From: an uncultured virus (IMG/VR IMGVR_UViG_3300043410_000754)
Lineage: Duplodnaviria > Heunggongvirae > Uroviricota > Caudoviricetes
IMG/VR virus record: IMGVR_UViG_3300043410_000754
Direction: 5' to 3' (one strand)
Length of the DNA stretch: 64,000 nt
In this document: one piece after another, positions 20,801 to 30,667 of the stretch
How the letters are laid out: every line of letters begins with the position of its first letter
Numbering within the stretch: the stretch's first letter is position 1
The notes under the pieces: model-generated
What the model was told of the DNA's origin: nothing
What the model saw: the letters and a program-made list of their open reading frames with translations, nothing else
Databases searched by the model: none
Program-made: the position numbers and the translations under genes

Positions 20801-23800
20801 TTGTGAACTCGGTGCGCCGCATCTTTGGCATGGAGCCGGGTACGGTTAACGCTCTGTCGGATGTCATCAACATCACGGACAAGATGCTGTCGGCGCGGAT
20901 GACGCCGCTAATGCGTGAGGAACTGCGGGCTGAGCAAGAGACTGCCGGGGACGCTGAAGTTTCGTCGATGGCCAAGAAGAATGTGGCCAAGACCGACAAG
21001 CTAATGGAGAAGGTTGCCAAGTCCCATACGGGGACTAGCCCCCAATTGGTTGGACTCAGCGCCATCGCCGAGGCAGTCAAAGCGCGGGATGGAAAACTTG
21101 CCGCCGACGTGTTGGCTGCGCATTGGGATGCTTGGAAGTCCGGCTCCATGCGCCAGCTGTTGCCCGCGCTCCAGACGGAAACGATCATTGACTGGGTCAA
21201 GAACATCGGCAAGAAGGTTCCCGGTGTCGGCGGGTGGGCCGACCACCTCAGCAAAGCCTGGGGCACCGTCAAAGATGCCAACGCCATGCGCGTTGCAGGT
21301 GTGGCTAAAGCCGCGCCCATCAGTGACAAGTTGCTCCGCCTCGCGGGCAAGAACCAAACGCAGTACCGTGCGCTGGCCAACGTGATGCACTACTCCACCT
21401 TGGCCAAGGTTGACCCCTCCAAGGATACGAAGCTCAAGGCTTTGAATGAGTTGTGGGCCAAGTTGGACGACGACACGAAGGCGCTGTACAACGAGGTGCG
21501 GGAATACTACTCCAGCAACTACGACCTCTACCATCAGTTGCTCACGGACCAGATCGAGCAGTCAAAAATCCCCGGCACTTCTAGTGATCCGAATACGGCC
21601 AAGGGCAAGCTCATGGCCGAGATCAAGAAGATGTACGAGACTGGGGCGCAAGAGGTTCGCGCTGCCGACGGGACGATGTATCGTCCCCCGTATTTCCCGC
21701 TCGTTCGCTACGGTCAGTTCTGGTTGCGCCTGGGTTCCGGTAAGAGCCGTGAGTTCTACATGTTCGAGTCGCAAGCCGAACGGGAAGTGTTCCTGCGCCA
21801 ACGCGTCCGTGCAATGAAAGAATCTGGGGATACCCGTACGTACGAAGAGATGTACGAGGATGGCGACGTTCAAAAAGGCGACAACATCCAAGAAGCCCGC
21901 CAAGACATCAAGGATTCGAGCGCCCTCATCAAGTCTCTGTTCGAGGCAATCGAGGATGCGGCTGGACGCCCCATCGCTGTTACCGACGACTTCGGCAACC
22001 AAGTTAGCAAGTACTCCACCATCGACCCTGACAAGATGAAGGACGAGGTGTATCAGCTGTACCTGCACACCCTGCCGGAGCGCAACTTCCGTCGTCAGTT
22101 CATCCATCGCCAAGGGACCACCGGCTTCTCGCAGGATATCTCGCGCAACTTCGCCACGACCAGCACTAACATGGCTAATCAGTTGGCGCGTATCAAGTAT
22201 GGCCCAACGATGGTAAACGAGGTGCAAGCCGCCCGTGACGCTCTGAAGGGCAACCCCGATGAGGCTAAGTTGGCCGAGTTTGTTTCCGAGATGCGCATGC
22301 GCGTTGAGCAGGAGGCGTACCCTGACCCCGGCAATTCGCTGGGGCACCGCATGGCGGAGATGGCCAACAAGACCGCGTTCCTGTGGATGATGTCCACGAT
22401 CAAGACTGCTGTTGCTCAGTTCTCCGCGCTGCCGGTATTTGTTGCACCCGTACTCGCGTCCAAGCATGGTCCCGTGGCGACCGCCAAGGAAATGGGCCGG
22501 TTCATGAACGTGTTTAACAACCTCGGCGTCATCAAGGAAGACGGCTCGTTCGTTGCTCCCACCATTGCGCAATCCCGCAACGTCAAGCTGAACGCAGAGG
22601 AAGGCCGAGCAGCACAGTACATGGTCGATCGCGGTATCAGCGAAACCACCATGGCATACGACTTGGGCAACCGCCGCAAGCGGGCCACGTACGAGCAGCA
22701 CTCGACAGCTTACAAAGTGACCAGCGCTATTACCAACGTGATGACGGGTCTGTTCCACCACGCCGAGCGCATGATCCGCGAAGTGGCGTTCATGTCTTCG
22801 TTCCGTCTGTACCGGGACAAGTTCCCCAACATGGCGTTTGAAGAGGTGGCTAAGCTCGCCGAGCAGGACACGTACACGGCGCTGGGCAACTTCTCGTCGG
22901 CTAACCGCCCCCGTGGTCTTATCGCTACTGCGGAACGTAAAGTGGTGCTCGATGCGCACAAGCCGTTAGGCCGTGGGCTGTTCCAGTTCAAGATGTTCCC
23001 CGCGTTCGTCACGACCTACTTCGTGCGCAACTTCTACCGCATGACCGCCAAGGACATGACCAAGGAAGAGCGTAAGCAGGCGGCGGTCCAGTTCTTTGGC
23101 TCCATGATGATGTCGTTCTCGATCGCTGGCTACATGGGTGTCCCCGGCATCAGCTTCGCCATGGGCCTTGCTCAGGGGCTGCGCAATTTGTTCAAGGATG
23201 AGGACGATGATGATCCGCTCGAAAAGCGTGACCTGGAGTTCTGGTTCCGCAACATCTGGCTGCAGCAGACCTTTGGCAATGTGAAGATCGGCGACCACAA
23301 CTTGGCCGACTTGATGAACCGAGGGCTCGTTGCGAGTTTGACCGGATACGACATCTCCAGCAGCTTGTCGTTGAACAACATGTGGTTCCCCGACGTGAAG
23401 GAGCAAGCCACTGCCGAGGCAACCATGGGGGAATACCTCAAGTCCTTGGCGGGCCCGTTCGCATCTTTGGCGGTGTCCCAGGTTCCTCGCGCAGTGGACA
23501 AGCTCCGTGAGGGCAAGATTCTTGAGGGTATCGAGCAGTTGCTGCCCGGTATGGCACGCTCGCCCGTCACCGCGTATCGCTATTCGCAAGAAGGCGCAAC
23601 CACCGCCGCTGGCGCCCCCATTAAGGATGCCCAGGAATTCACCCTCGGGCAACTCGTTGCTCAGGGCATGGGCTTCTCCACCGAAGGGCTTGTGGCTCGG
23701 CGGGAGGACATCTTCAAGGCGCAGGCCCTGCGTCTCCAGGTGCAGAACGAGAAGAAGGCGCTCCTCAACCGTCTGGATGTGGGGCTCCGTAGCGACCGGG

Positions 23801-24015
23801 ACGTGGACAAAGTCCTCGACGATGTGTTCCGGTTCAACGCAAAGAACTCGTTCGACCCCATCGACGCCGACTCGCTCACCGCATCCATCATCAACCGCCT
23901 GGAGCAACGCATCCTGTCCGATCGTGGCATGCGCATCGACGAGAAGTACTACCCGCAACTCATCCAGCTTATGGAGCCCTCGTCGCGCCGCCTGGACGTG
24001 GAGGCCAGGAAATAA
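17848..24015 (+). CDS. Large internal virion (ejection) polyvalent protein with zincin-like HEALH motif
   Basis: 2055 aa, last gene of the structural operon; HEALH at 20491-20505. Confidence 0.65.
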   Translation: MGQVLSPDEWLATQTEAAPSAPLSPEQWMAQQQPQQPAVLSPEQWLAQQEDPSKQSSLRQVADVPLKLGQGAITGVRMVADSFGAGSGMSEALKGAEDYLGDLLSAQSKRDAKEISRIMKEAQDKGALDQVQAALKALTVAPVDLITNALGTAAPVLAATLLGGSSALAARAIGAGVGVAMGAGTVKGTIYDAVKDELKKTDMTAAQIEERAQLAQAYGGKNLDMILAGAALGGFGAASGFEPAAAKAIAGRIAGKAGAKEAAEQAIEATAKKELEAVAKRGAIGQGARTGLTEFGTEAIQGSQEQLAENVALRREGYDVPIMRGVISQGVLEGMAGFGLGAPMGAIEGRRARQAQEIAPIQLSKEDMAVVEAPLTKEEAPDDVQLDAEYIKTVATDLIASGVLPASAREMAVAIATEEARADALAEKEAKGAENAAASVTPAGGVSPEVAGQPSAEPAAPGAGGAEPSGVVPPGPNAADLTQGKAVEPVALTPPNEPAPTTPVAPAVAEAPVSPAPAEPVQAQAPAGTPETLTPEQQEAEFDAKLTAAKKIAKSNFDTALDQVDDPMYGGDIGAALDAYYQNTIDTLAESGETDPNVINRAITHFERLVDEHKNKALKDQPADVVAEKVEPLRLEPGEVVEPTPKPAGKKRGPKGARLTEEQKTESKQRGEEGTKLWKAINSTVNKAVAAFNEAITPLDPDNYPDIQQFQEAVESRRIQKIQAIKTLLEQQRYARGKAKLEAAINEALAHKEITPKEIADIKEGMKRVSKASTEVKVGRADTRFNNFSNAEQALRHVIKTGNPFQRFLAQRLLPFVKGVNFTVLEEGEVVPDVIRDGGATKDWEMSRGLFLREVASGQRHIFVRGMSGGPSQGINNVTVLHEALHAALNKKMDMADWSLRSGFDRHSDLTRAFKPLAETIRLTQERMAAMEEAGTLPDHLSELVDAKIFEDAREFVAYAMTDPIFQKFLMQTPGVVKESLFTRFVNSVRRIFGMEPGTVNALSDVINITDKMLSARMTPLMREELRAEQETAGDAEVSSMAKKNVAKTDKLMEKVAKSHTGTSPQLVGLSAIAEAVKARDGKLAADVLAAHWDAWKSGSMRQLLPALQTETIIDWVKNIGKKVPGVGGWADHLSKAWGTVKDANAMRVAGVAKAAPISDKLLRLAGKNQTQYRALANVMHYSTLAKVDPSKDTKLKALNELWAKLDDDTKALYNEVREYYSSNYDLYHQLLTDQIEQSKIPGTSSDPNTAKGKLMAEIKKMYETGAQEVRAADGTMYRPPYFPLVRYGQFWLRLGSGKSREFYMFESQAEREVFLRQRVRAMKESGDTRTYEEMYEDGDVQKGDNIQEARQDIKDSSALIKSLFEAIEDAAGRPIAVTDDFGNQVSKYSTIDPDKMKDEVYQLYLHTLPERNFRRQFIHRQGTTGFSQDISRNFATTSTNMANQLARIKYGPTMVNEVQAARDALKGNPDEAKLAEFVSEMRMRVEQEAYPDPGNSLGHRMAEMANKTAFLWMMSTIKTAVAQFSALPVFVAPVLASKHGPVATAKEMGRFMNVFNNLGVIKEDGSFVAPTIAQSRNVKLNAEEGRAAQYMVDRGISETTMAYDLGNRRKRATYEQHSTAYKVTSAITNVMTGLFHHAERMIREVAFMSSFRLYRDKFPNMAFEEVAKLAEQDTYTALGNFSSANRPRGLIATAERKVVLDAHKPLGRGLFQFKMFPAFVTTYFVRNFYRMTAKDMTKEERKQAAVQFFGSMMMSFSIAGYMGVPGISFAMGLAQGLRNLFKDEDDDDPLEKRDLEFWFRNIWLQQTFGNVKIGDHNLADLMNRGLVASLTGYDISSSLSLNNMWFPDVKEQATAEATMGEYLKSLAGPFASLAVSQVPRAVDKLREGKILEGIEQLLPGMARSPVTAYRYSQEGATTAAGAPIKDAQEFTLGQLVAQGMGFSTEGLVARREDIFKAQALRLQVQNEKKALLNRLDVGLRSDRDVDKVLDDVFRFNAKNSFDPIDADSLTASIINRLEQRILSDRGMRIDEKYYPQLIQLMEPSSRRLDVEARK

Positions 24016-24046
24016 AAAAGACCCCCCAGTTTTCACCGGGGGGTCC
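24015..24046. terminator. Hairpin terminator between convergent modules
   Basis: GACCCCCC...GGGGGGTC stem preceded by an A-run (U tail on the minus strand). Confidence 0.7.
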
Positions 24047-24113
24047 AAGAGGAGAAAGGGAGCTAACCCTATGAGGAGATACAGGCAACTGCTACCTGTA
24101 ACGGAAGTCTACC

Positions 24114-24308
24114 TCAGAGACGCCACACCCGCAAACCTTTCACCCCGTCCACAACCACAACTTGTGTTACAACTTCCATTTTAAGTCTTTTGGTTACACG
24201 AGCTATCTGCGCCCGTGCTGCCCCTGCGTCTATGCAGGGGACAAAGAATGAGTAGCCCTTGCGGAAGTTACGCCAGTTGATCTGATACGACACTGTCTCG
24301 ATCTTCAT
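24114..24308 (-). CDS. Small hypothetical protein
   Basis: MKIETVSYQINW...GLRVWRL; overlaps the primase end. Confidence 0.6.
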   Translation of the reverse strand: MKIETVSYQINWRNFRKGYSFFVPCIDAGAARAQIARVTKRLKMEVVTQVVVVDGVKGLRVWRL

Positions 24309-27132
24309 CCTTGGCCTCGGCTTCCTCGGCTTCCAGGTGCAGGAACTCATGGTTGGAGGCATCGAACCGGAGCACACGCACTGCCGGAGCCACCACCTTC
24401 ATACCCTTGGACATGCGCTTGTTCATCGCTTCCTTAAACACGCCGATCTTGGTTAGGTCCCCCAGCGCCCCCTTGTAGTTGATCTGGTTCCTAACACAGT
24501 ATTCTTTAAATGCTTTTGCGCTGATAAAGAGTTCTTTAGTATCGGGCTCGTACCGCACCATCAGCTCACCGCGTGGCTCCATCAGGGGCAGGGCGTCCAT
24601 GTTCGTGCGGGCGTCGGCGATACCGTTCACCACCAGGACGTTGTTGATGTGGCTGTTGATGAAGTCACCGATCGTGGTGACCGGGGTGCTCTGGGGCGGC
24701 TTGATCTCGTGGCGCATCTCGCTGAGCATGACCTTCACCCATTCGTAAATGGCGCTCATGTCGTAGCTGTGCAGACCGAGTCGGCGGGCGATGAGACCCC
24801 CAGCGATGTTGCATGCCACCACACCGGACCAGAAACGCTCGCGGGCGGAGAACTGCACTTCCTTGTCGATCTTGGCCTGCACGGCCCGCATCAGCTCGAC
24901 TGCTTCTTCCAGGTTATTGACCAGCCACTGGACGTAGGGCTCGATCGCGTGGCCGTAGTTGTCCCGCAGTTGGTGATCGAACATCTGCTTGCCCACGTCG
25001 GTAGGGATGATGTCGGTCGGCGCGATACGGTACTCAAGCAAGCGCATGGACTCGCCGTCGGGGGTGCTCTTGGAAACCCCCAGCTTCTCGTAGAAGCTAG
25101 CGTTGGAGGAGCAGAGTGTGATGCCCTGCCATGTGGTGTTGTTCTTGCGCAGGGTGTTTGTTTGCCCCTGCATGCGGTCCTTGCCTCGGCCCTGGCTGAC
25201 GCTGTACACCAAGTCAGAGAACTCCATCCCGGTCATGTTGGTGATCTCGTCGATCGTGTTGGCCAAGTTGTTCATGACGCCGAGCCGGTGTAGCTTCGCG
25301 TTGAGCGTATCCTTGAACATGCTGGTCAGTTGCTTGGGCTGGCCCGTCACGCTGTTGCACATGAACAGGGCTGTTGACTTACCCGAACCTGACTCGGGGG
25401 AGATCAAGTTGATGATGGCCCCTTCCAGCCCGGTGAACTTCAGCAATGGAGAGCCGAACGCCGTGAGTGCCGCAAACGCATGGGGTTCCAGTCCGGGTTG
25501 GGCGTAGAGATTGAACACCTCTTTCCACTTGTCGAACTCGCCCTGCACGTGAACCTTGTCCACCACATCCTCGGTGGTAGATGACGGCGGGCTGTAGAAC
25601 ACCCCGTCCTTGGTAACTTCGCGGTCGCCCACGATGAACTTGCTGTCTCCGTCGGCCCATCCGTACTGTGTTCTCATCTTCTCTGCCTTCTTCTCGTACT
25701 GTAGATTCTTGAGTGAGCTGACCACAAACGCGGACAGCGCATCGTATTGCGCCTTGGATGTCACCACACCGTGGTGGGCTAGTAGCTTGCGCAACTCATC
25801 CTTGGAGCAGATTGCCGCCGCCGTCAGGGAGAACTCCCGGACACCGTCATGCGGCAGGTGGAGTCGGAACAACACAACTTCCCCGGTCTCCGGGTCGGTC
25901 ATGCGTTTGACTAGGTAGAAGTCGTGTTCGTACACGAGCTTGGGTTCGTCCTCGGCCTCTGGGGGTGGGCGCAGGTAAACGCCACCGTTCTTGCCACGGA
26001 AGAATGGGAATGGGTAGTCAGGAATGACGAACCGTGTGGTCTCTCCAGTCTCCTCGTCCTGCACTATGAACTCGTCATCCTCGGCCTCGGCGATCTCGAC
26101 CCCCAGCATGATCGGGGACTTGATCTTGCCCTTGTGTGGGCATCCGTCGCAACCACCAGGGTTGCGCTCCTCGAACGTCGTGCATAGGTGGGGACCACCG
26201 TTCTTGCGCAGGTTGGCCAGCTTCGTGTCCACTTCGCTCGGGTCGTACCGATCGTAGTCCTCGGACATCTTGTGGGCGGCTTTGTCCCCGTCAACGCAGA
26301 ACGCTGTTATGGAGAGTGCCGACTGCCACAGCGGCTCGTCGAGGTTTTGCTGGTTGTTGTAGCAGTGGTTGAGCTGGGCGCACCCATTCTCCGCCTTCAT
26401 CATGATCAAGCTGAACCGCTTGACCTTGTTCTGCATCAGGGCCTCCATCATGGGGCTCATGCCCTGGGGGATGAAGTCCGGCACTTCCTTGGGTGCGGTC
26501 TCGGCCTCGCCTAGTATCAATCGCACCTGCTCGTACGTCATGCGTGGAGACTCTTCGTTCCACATGTGGACAGGCTTGGGTTCCTTGTCCTTCTTGACGT
26601 TCATCGTGTCGGGCACACGCAGGATGCGTGACGCCTCAAAGACCTTGCGGTCCACGATCAGGCCGTGCTCGGCGCACAGCTCTTTCAGCCTACCCGCCAG
26701 GGGTTCCCACTCTCGGCGAGTGAGGGTTTGCTCGATCAACCAGTAGGCATGGATACCGTTGCCTGAGTTGACCAAGATCGGCTTTGGCAAGCCAACCGCC
26801 TTGCAGAACTTTTGAAGCTCGGCCAGCCCAATCTGCTGGTCAAGGTAGCCTTCGATGATCCCCTTGTCGTTGGGGACGCCCTTGGTAGGGCCGCAATCAA
26901 GGTCAATCCAAAGTGCCCGAATCGCCGCCACGTTTTCATGTGTGCGGTTGTTCAGGGGGCCAAACTTAGAACATGCAAAAAACACGTTCACGTTGCTGGC
27001 CTTGAACTCCTCAATAATCTCGTCAGCTTCTTCTCTGGTCTCCGCGAACCGTTGGTCTGTGTACTTGCCGATCCCTACTATGCAGTACCGCCCTTCCGTT
27101 GGTAGCACTGCTTCGAGGAGATCGAATGACAT
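24268..27132 (-). CDS. Primase-helicase (RepB-like primase + DUF927-type ATPase)
   Basis: WIDLD, SGNGIHAYW, RILRVP primase motifs; Cys cluster; Walker A ESGSGKST; IDE Walker B. Confidence 0.85.
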   Translation of the reverse strand: MSFDLLEAVLPTEGRYCIVGIGKYTDQRFAETREEADEIIEEFKASNVNVFFACSKFGPLNNRTHENVAAIRALWIDLDCGPTKGVPNDKGIIEGYLDQQIGLAELQKFCKAVGLPKPILVNSGNGIHAYWLIEQTLTRREWEPLAGRLKELCAEHGLIVDRKVFEASRILRVPDTMNVKKDKEPKPVHMWNEESPRMTYEQVRLILGEAETAPKEVPDFIPQGMSPMMEALMQNKVKRFSLIMMKAENGCAQLNHCYNNQQNLDEPLWQSALSITAFCVDGDKAAHKMSEDYDRYDPSEVDTKLANLRKNGGPHLCTTFEERNPGGCDGCPHKGKIKSPIMLGVEIAEAEDDEFIVQDEETGETTRFVIPDYPFPFFRGKNGGVYLRPPPEAEDEPKLVYEHDFYLVKRMTDPETGEVVLFRLHLPHDGVREFSLTAAAICSKDELRKLLAHHGVVTSKAQYDALSAFVVSSLKNLQYEKKAEKMRTQYGWADGDSKFIVGDREVTKDGVFYSPPSSTTEDVVDKVHVQGEFDKWKEVFNLYAQPGLEPHAFAALTAFGSPLLKFTGLEGAIINLISPESGSGKSTALFMCNSVTGQPKQLTSMFKDTLNAKLHRLGVMNNLANTIDEITNMTGMEFSDLVYSVSQGRGKDRMQGQTNTLRKNNTTWQGITLCSSNASFYEKLGVSKSTPDGESMRLLEYRIAPTDIIPTDVGKQMFDHQLRDNYGHAIEPYVQWLVNNLEEAVELMRAVQAKIDKEVQFSARERFWSGVVACNIAGGLIARRLGLHSYDMSAIYEWVKVMLSEMRHEIKPPQSTPVTTIGDFINSHINNVLVVNGIADARTNMDALPLMEPRGELMVRYEPDTKELFISAKAFKEYCVRNQINYKGALGDLTKIGVFKEAMNKRMSKGMKVVAPAVRVLRFDASNHEFLHLEAEEAEAKDEDRDSVVSDQLA

Positions 27133-27134
27133 GT

Positions 27135-27374
27135 TTATTTCCGTCGTTTGTGGCGCTTGATGAAGCGTTCAATCGCTTCGTGGTGTTCTTCGTTGGGCCA
27201 GAATGCCCCGGAAAACCAGTTGTAAACCGTCATGCGGCTCACCCCCAGCACCTCGGACACCCTGAGCACAGGAATATCATTTGCGACGCAATGACGCCCC
27301 AGGGCCACACCTGGGTTCTTGGTATCTGCCTTGCGGTTGGCGTACACCAAATTCATACTGTAGCCCTGAGACAT
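27135..27374 (-). CDS. HTH DNA-binding protein
   Basis: VSEVLGVSRMTVYNWFSG. Confidence 0.75.
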   Translation of the reverse strand: MSQGYSMNLVYANRKADTKNPGVALGRHCVANDIPVLRVSEVLGVSRMTVYNWFSGAFWPNEEHHEAIERFIKRHKRRK

Positions 27375-27377
27375 TCA

Positions 27378-28262
27378 TTACTCCTCGTCGGTCCACTGCT
27401 TGAGCACGGAGTCCAAGTCTTTCTTGGCGGTCGGTGCGGCGGCAGTCTTCTTGCTCTCACGTTTAACAGGTTCACCAGCTTCTTCAGCAGGTGCGGCTTC
27501 AGCCTTGGGGGCCGGGAGTGCCTTGCCAGCGGTGTCCGCTTGGAACGGGGTCATGATCACCAGCTTCTGCACTTCGGGCTTGCCGCCCAGCTTGGAGGTG
27601 ACTTCGTACTCTTCCTTGCGGATGAAGCGCGTCGGCGTGAAGAGCACCGACTGGTTGTCGTTGTCCTCGTTGAACCCGATCTGGGTAACCACGTAGTCCA
27701 GGCTCTTGCCGTTGTTGGCAAGGTACTTGGTGTAGTTCTCGAACGTATGGGCGTTGTCCTGGTTGCTGTCGCCGAACAGAGACTTGGATGCCAAGTTCAT
27801 CTGGTACACGCGGCCTTCCAGCCCAGTGCCGAAGTCCTCTTCCAACACCATAGCCAGTCGGCGGGAGTAGCGGCAAGCCTTGGAGTTGCCCATGCCAGAA
27901 CCCTTGATGTTCTGCGAGCACGAGTCACACCGATTGCTCTGGGCATTGGCGGATTGCGGGTCCGGGGCCTCACCGTCATTGGAGAAGCAGTCGGGTGCAG
28001 ACGGCTCAGCATCGGGGGTCCATGCCTTCGCGTAGAAGATACGGCCAACTTTGGGGGACGCGTTCACGATAATCGCGTTCACGGTGCCCTTGACGCGGCC
28101 CATTTCTTCACCGCCGACTACCTTGCGGAAGATACCGTTCTTGGGAACGATACGGGGAACCCCACCACCGCCGCCACCGGCAAGTTGTTTGGTGAGGGAG
28201 CTGATCCCTGCGGATTGCAGGAAGTCGGGGAGGTCTTGGTTGTGCAGTGCGATATTGCTCAT
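27378..28262 (-). CDS. Probable ssDNA-binding protein
   Basis: Cys motif (PDC..CDSC..KAC), acidic tail WTDEE, replication module position. Confidence 0.55.
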   Translation of the reverse strand: MSNIALHNQDLPDFLQSAGISSLTKQLAGGGGGGVPRIVPKNGIFRKVVGGEEMGRVKGTVNAIIVNASPKVGRIFYAKAWTPDAEPSAPDCFSNDGEAPDPQSANAQSNRCDSCSQNIKGSGMGNSKACRYSRRLAMVLEEDFGTGLEGRVYQMNLASKSLFGDSNQDNAHTFENYTKYLANNGKSLDYVVTQIGFNEDNDNQSVLFTPTRFIRKEEYEVTSKLGGKPEVQKLVIMTPFQADTAGKALPAPKAEAAPAEEAGEPVKRESKKTAAAPTAKKDLDSVLKQWTDEE

Positions 28263-28271
28263 CACTTTTCC

Positions 28272-28490
28272 TTAGATTGCGATCCAGTCGCTGTTGGGGG
28301 GAAGAACGTATTGGGTATCAACTTTATTGGCTTGCCATGTGTGGATGTGCCCCACGTTTTTATCAAGCCGCTGGAAGAAGTCGATGGTCCTACTCATGTC
28401 GGTGCAGTTGCCCTCCGGCATGTACACATGAGCCACATGTTTTTGGAAGTCGTACGTAATACGCTCCACCTCGCATCCTAAATTTATCAT
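28272..28490 (-). CDS. Hypothetical protein
   Basis: Fills the gap between neighbours. Confidence 0.5.
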   Translation of the reverse strand: MINLGCEVERITYDFQKHVAHVYMPEGNCTDMSRTIDFFQRLDKNVGHIHTWQANKVDTQYVLPPNSDWIAI

Positions 28491-28909
28491 CACTTTTCCT
28501 TTGAACGTCTAACAACAATGGTGTACTCATTCTCCACATTCATACCCTTGGGGAATAAGTCTGGATTCTCAGAGATGAAGTCCTTCATGTGTGTCTGATG
28601 GATTCGTTTCTCTAGCAGGCCGTATGCGCCGGTCTCCTCGATGAAGTCGTACATAGAATCCCAATCGTTCGTCCAGTATCGGGTTTTGACTGAACGGACA
28701 ATCGTGCCGTGCGGGGTGCGAACGCTCGACGCGTTCATGTTCTTGCAGTGATCCAGTAGCTCACTCTCGATCACCTTCAACTGTTCGTCTAGGTCCGCGA
28801 CCTTGCTTTTGAACTCGTCGGCTAACGCGTCCTTGGCATCACGGATTGCTAGGTATGCTCTGGTGAGCACGTCCATGTCTGGCGACTGGACTTCGTTTTC
28901 ATCTGACAT
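28490..28909 (-). CDS. Conserved-type phage protein (coiled coil + beta)
   Basis: AAGGA RBS, downstream of a promoter. Confidence 0.65.
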   Translation of the reverse strand: MSDENEVQSPDMDVLTRAYLAIRDAKDALADEFKSKVADLDEQLKVIESELLDHCKNMNASSVRTPHGTIVRSVKTRYWTNDWDSMYDFIEETGAYGLLEKRIHQTHMKDFISENPDLFPKGMNVENEYTIVVRRSKEK

Positions 28910-28934
28910 TTCGTTTCCTTTCTAACAAAAACCT

Positions 28935-28962
28935 AGTATAGCACACTCTTTGACAGTGTCAA
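28935..28962 (-). promoter_or_regulatory. Sigma70-type promoter
   Basis: TTGACA-16-TATACT with extended TGn. Confidence 0.7.
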
Positions 28963-30350
28963 ATCTCCACCCCCTCCTGAAATTGTTCCCGGTACAGGTC
29001 GATGATCTCGTTGTGGTTGGCGATGTTGCTCCGCAGGAGGGAGTACATCTTTGTCTCTACCTTACTGCCCCGAACGTGGATGACCGTCATCGGGTTCACT
29101 TGACCGGGTCGGTCGATCCGGGCGTTGGCTTGCAGGTATGTCTCGACACTCATGCACGGTGCGTACCAGATGATCGTGTCGGCGGCAGTTAGTGTAAGGC
29201 CATGCGATGCGGCCTGCGGCTGAATGATGAGCACCCGAGGGTTTTCACCACTCTGGAACGTCTTGACGATCTCGGCCCGACCGTTCGCCGACACCGCCCC
29301 GTTTATTACGTCGCACGTAATACCGTTCTTCTCCAGATGCTTGCGAAGCAGGTCGATGGTATGCGTGAAGGGCACGAACACGAGTACTTTATTGCTAGCT
29401 TCCTCGATGGCTTCCTGCACCACATTCAGTCGGTTGCTCACGTCGAAGTCCACGATCTCCCCGGTATCCGTGTACACGGAACCGCAGGCAATCTGGAGGA
29501 GCTTGTTCACCTGGGCGGCGGCGTTGACCGCCGAGATTTCCTCCCCTGCGGCCTCGATCAAGGCTTGCTTGACCAGCAGTTTGTAGAACCCCTGCTGTTG
29601 CGGGGTGAGGGGTGCGTCCCGGTCGATGTACGTGATGGGCGGCAGGTCCAGGCAATCTTTCTTCTCAAACCGGATGGCCGGTTGGAGAACATTGTGTACT
29701 ATATGCTTAGCTTCCGGGCGGGGAATCCAGCGGTACTCGCTCACCTTGACCATGACCTGATCACGAAACTGCCCGTAGAAGGGGGCCACGTTCTTGGGGT
29801 TCACCAGCTTTGCCAGCCCGTACGCGTCCACCGGAGATTGGGCAGCTGGAGTACCTGTTAGCATCCAAAGGCCTTTCACGGTCTTGGTCAGGTCACGCAG
29901 GTCTTTCCAACGCTCGGTGCGGTTGTTCTTGTAGGCCGACGCCTCGTCCACGACGATCAGGTCGAACCCGCCCGCCATGATCTCTTTCTTCACGATGCCG
30001 ACGCCATCGAAGTTGATGATGACGAACTCGGCCATGCCGTTCACGATCTCTTTACGTTTCTTTGCGGCTCCGTGAGCTACGGCTACTGTGCGGTGCATAG
30101 CGAACTTGAACAAGTCGGCTTGCCACGATGCCTTCATGATCGAGAGGGGGCAGATCACAAGCACTCGGCGCAGTGCGCCGATGTTCATCAAGTAGTCCAC
30201 GGCCCAGATAACTGATGCGGTCTTGCCGGTGCCCTGCTCGTTGAAGCAGAACGCCTTGCGGTTACCAATCAAAAACTCGGCTGTTTCCTTCTGATGCTCG
30301 AACGGTTGGAACCCCAGGGGTCTGGGGTACTCATACTCTGACAGGTTCAT
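28959..30350 (-). CDS. SNF2-family helicase
   Basis: EQGTGKT, DEAS, LTGTP, HGLTLTAA, QANARIDRPGQ. Confidence 0.9.
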   Translation of the reverse strand: MNLSEYEYPRPLGFQPFEHQKETAEFLIGNRKAFCFNEQGTGKTASVIWAVDYLMNIGALRRVLVICPLSIMKASWQADLFKFAMHRTVAVAHGAAKKRKEIVNGMAEFVIINFDGVGIVKKEIMAGGFDLIVVDEASAYKNNRTERWKDLRDLTKTVKGLWMLTGTPAAQSPVDAYGLAKLVNPKNVAPFYGQFRDQVMVKVSEYRWIPRPEAKHIVHNVLQPAIRFEKKDCLDLPPITYIDRDAPLTPQQQGFYKLLVKQALIEAAGEEISAVNAAAQVNKLLQIACGSVYTDTGEIVDFDVSNRLNVVQEAIEEASNKVLVFVPFTHTIDLLRKHLEKNGITCDVINGAVSANGRAEIVKTFQSGENPRVLIIQPQAASHGLTLTAADTIIWYAPCMSVETYLQANARIDRPGQVNPMTVIHVRGSKVETKMYSLLRSNIANHNEIIDLYREQFQEGVEI

Positions 30351-30667
30351 TTCTTCTTGCGTTCTTTCTTGCTCGTCTCGGAGACTAGGTTGCCCTTTGC
30401 GTCTCGGCGGAATGAGCGGTTCTTCTTGACCGACTCGATGCGCACACCGTCTTTGTTGGAGCCACCCTTATCGAGTGCCTTCTTATGGGCAACATCCTTG
30501 CCCTCTCGAATCTCCGCAGTCTTGTCCTTGTCGCGGGGGTCGTCTTTGTGCTTCTTGTCGATGGCTTCCCGTGCTCGTTGGCGTTCGAGGCGCTCGTCGG
30601 CTTCGCCTCGTTTCAACTGCATCTGGTACTCGTGTTTATACGGGCGGGGGCTCTTGGTGTACGGCAT
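30347..30667 (-). CDS. HNH-like basic protein
   Basis: GKDVAHKKAL..GGSN..NRS. Confidence 0.6.
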   Translation of the reverse strand: MPYTKSPRPYKHEYQMQLKRGEADERLERQRAREAIDKKHKDDPRDKDKTAEIREGKDVAHKKALDKGGSNKDGVRIESVKKNRSFRRDAKGNLVSETSKKERKKK

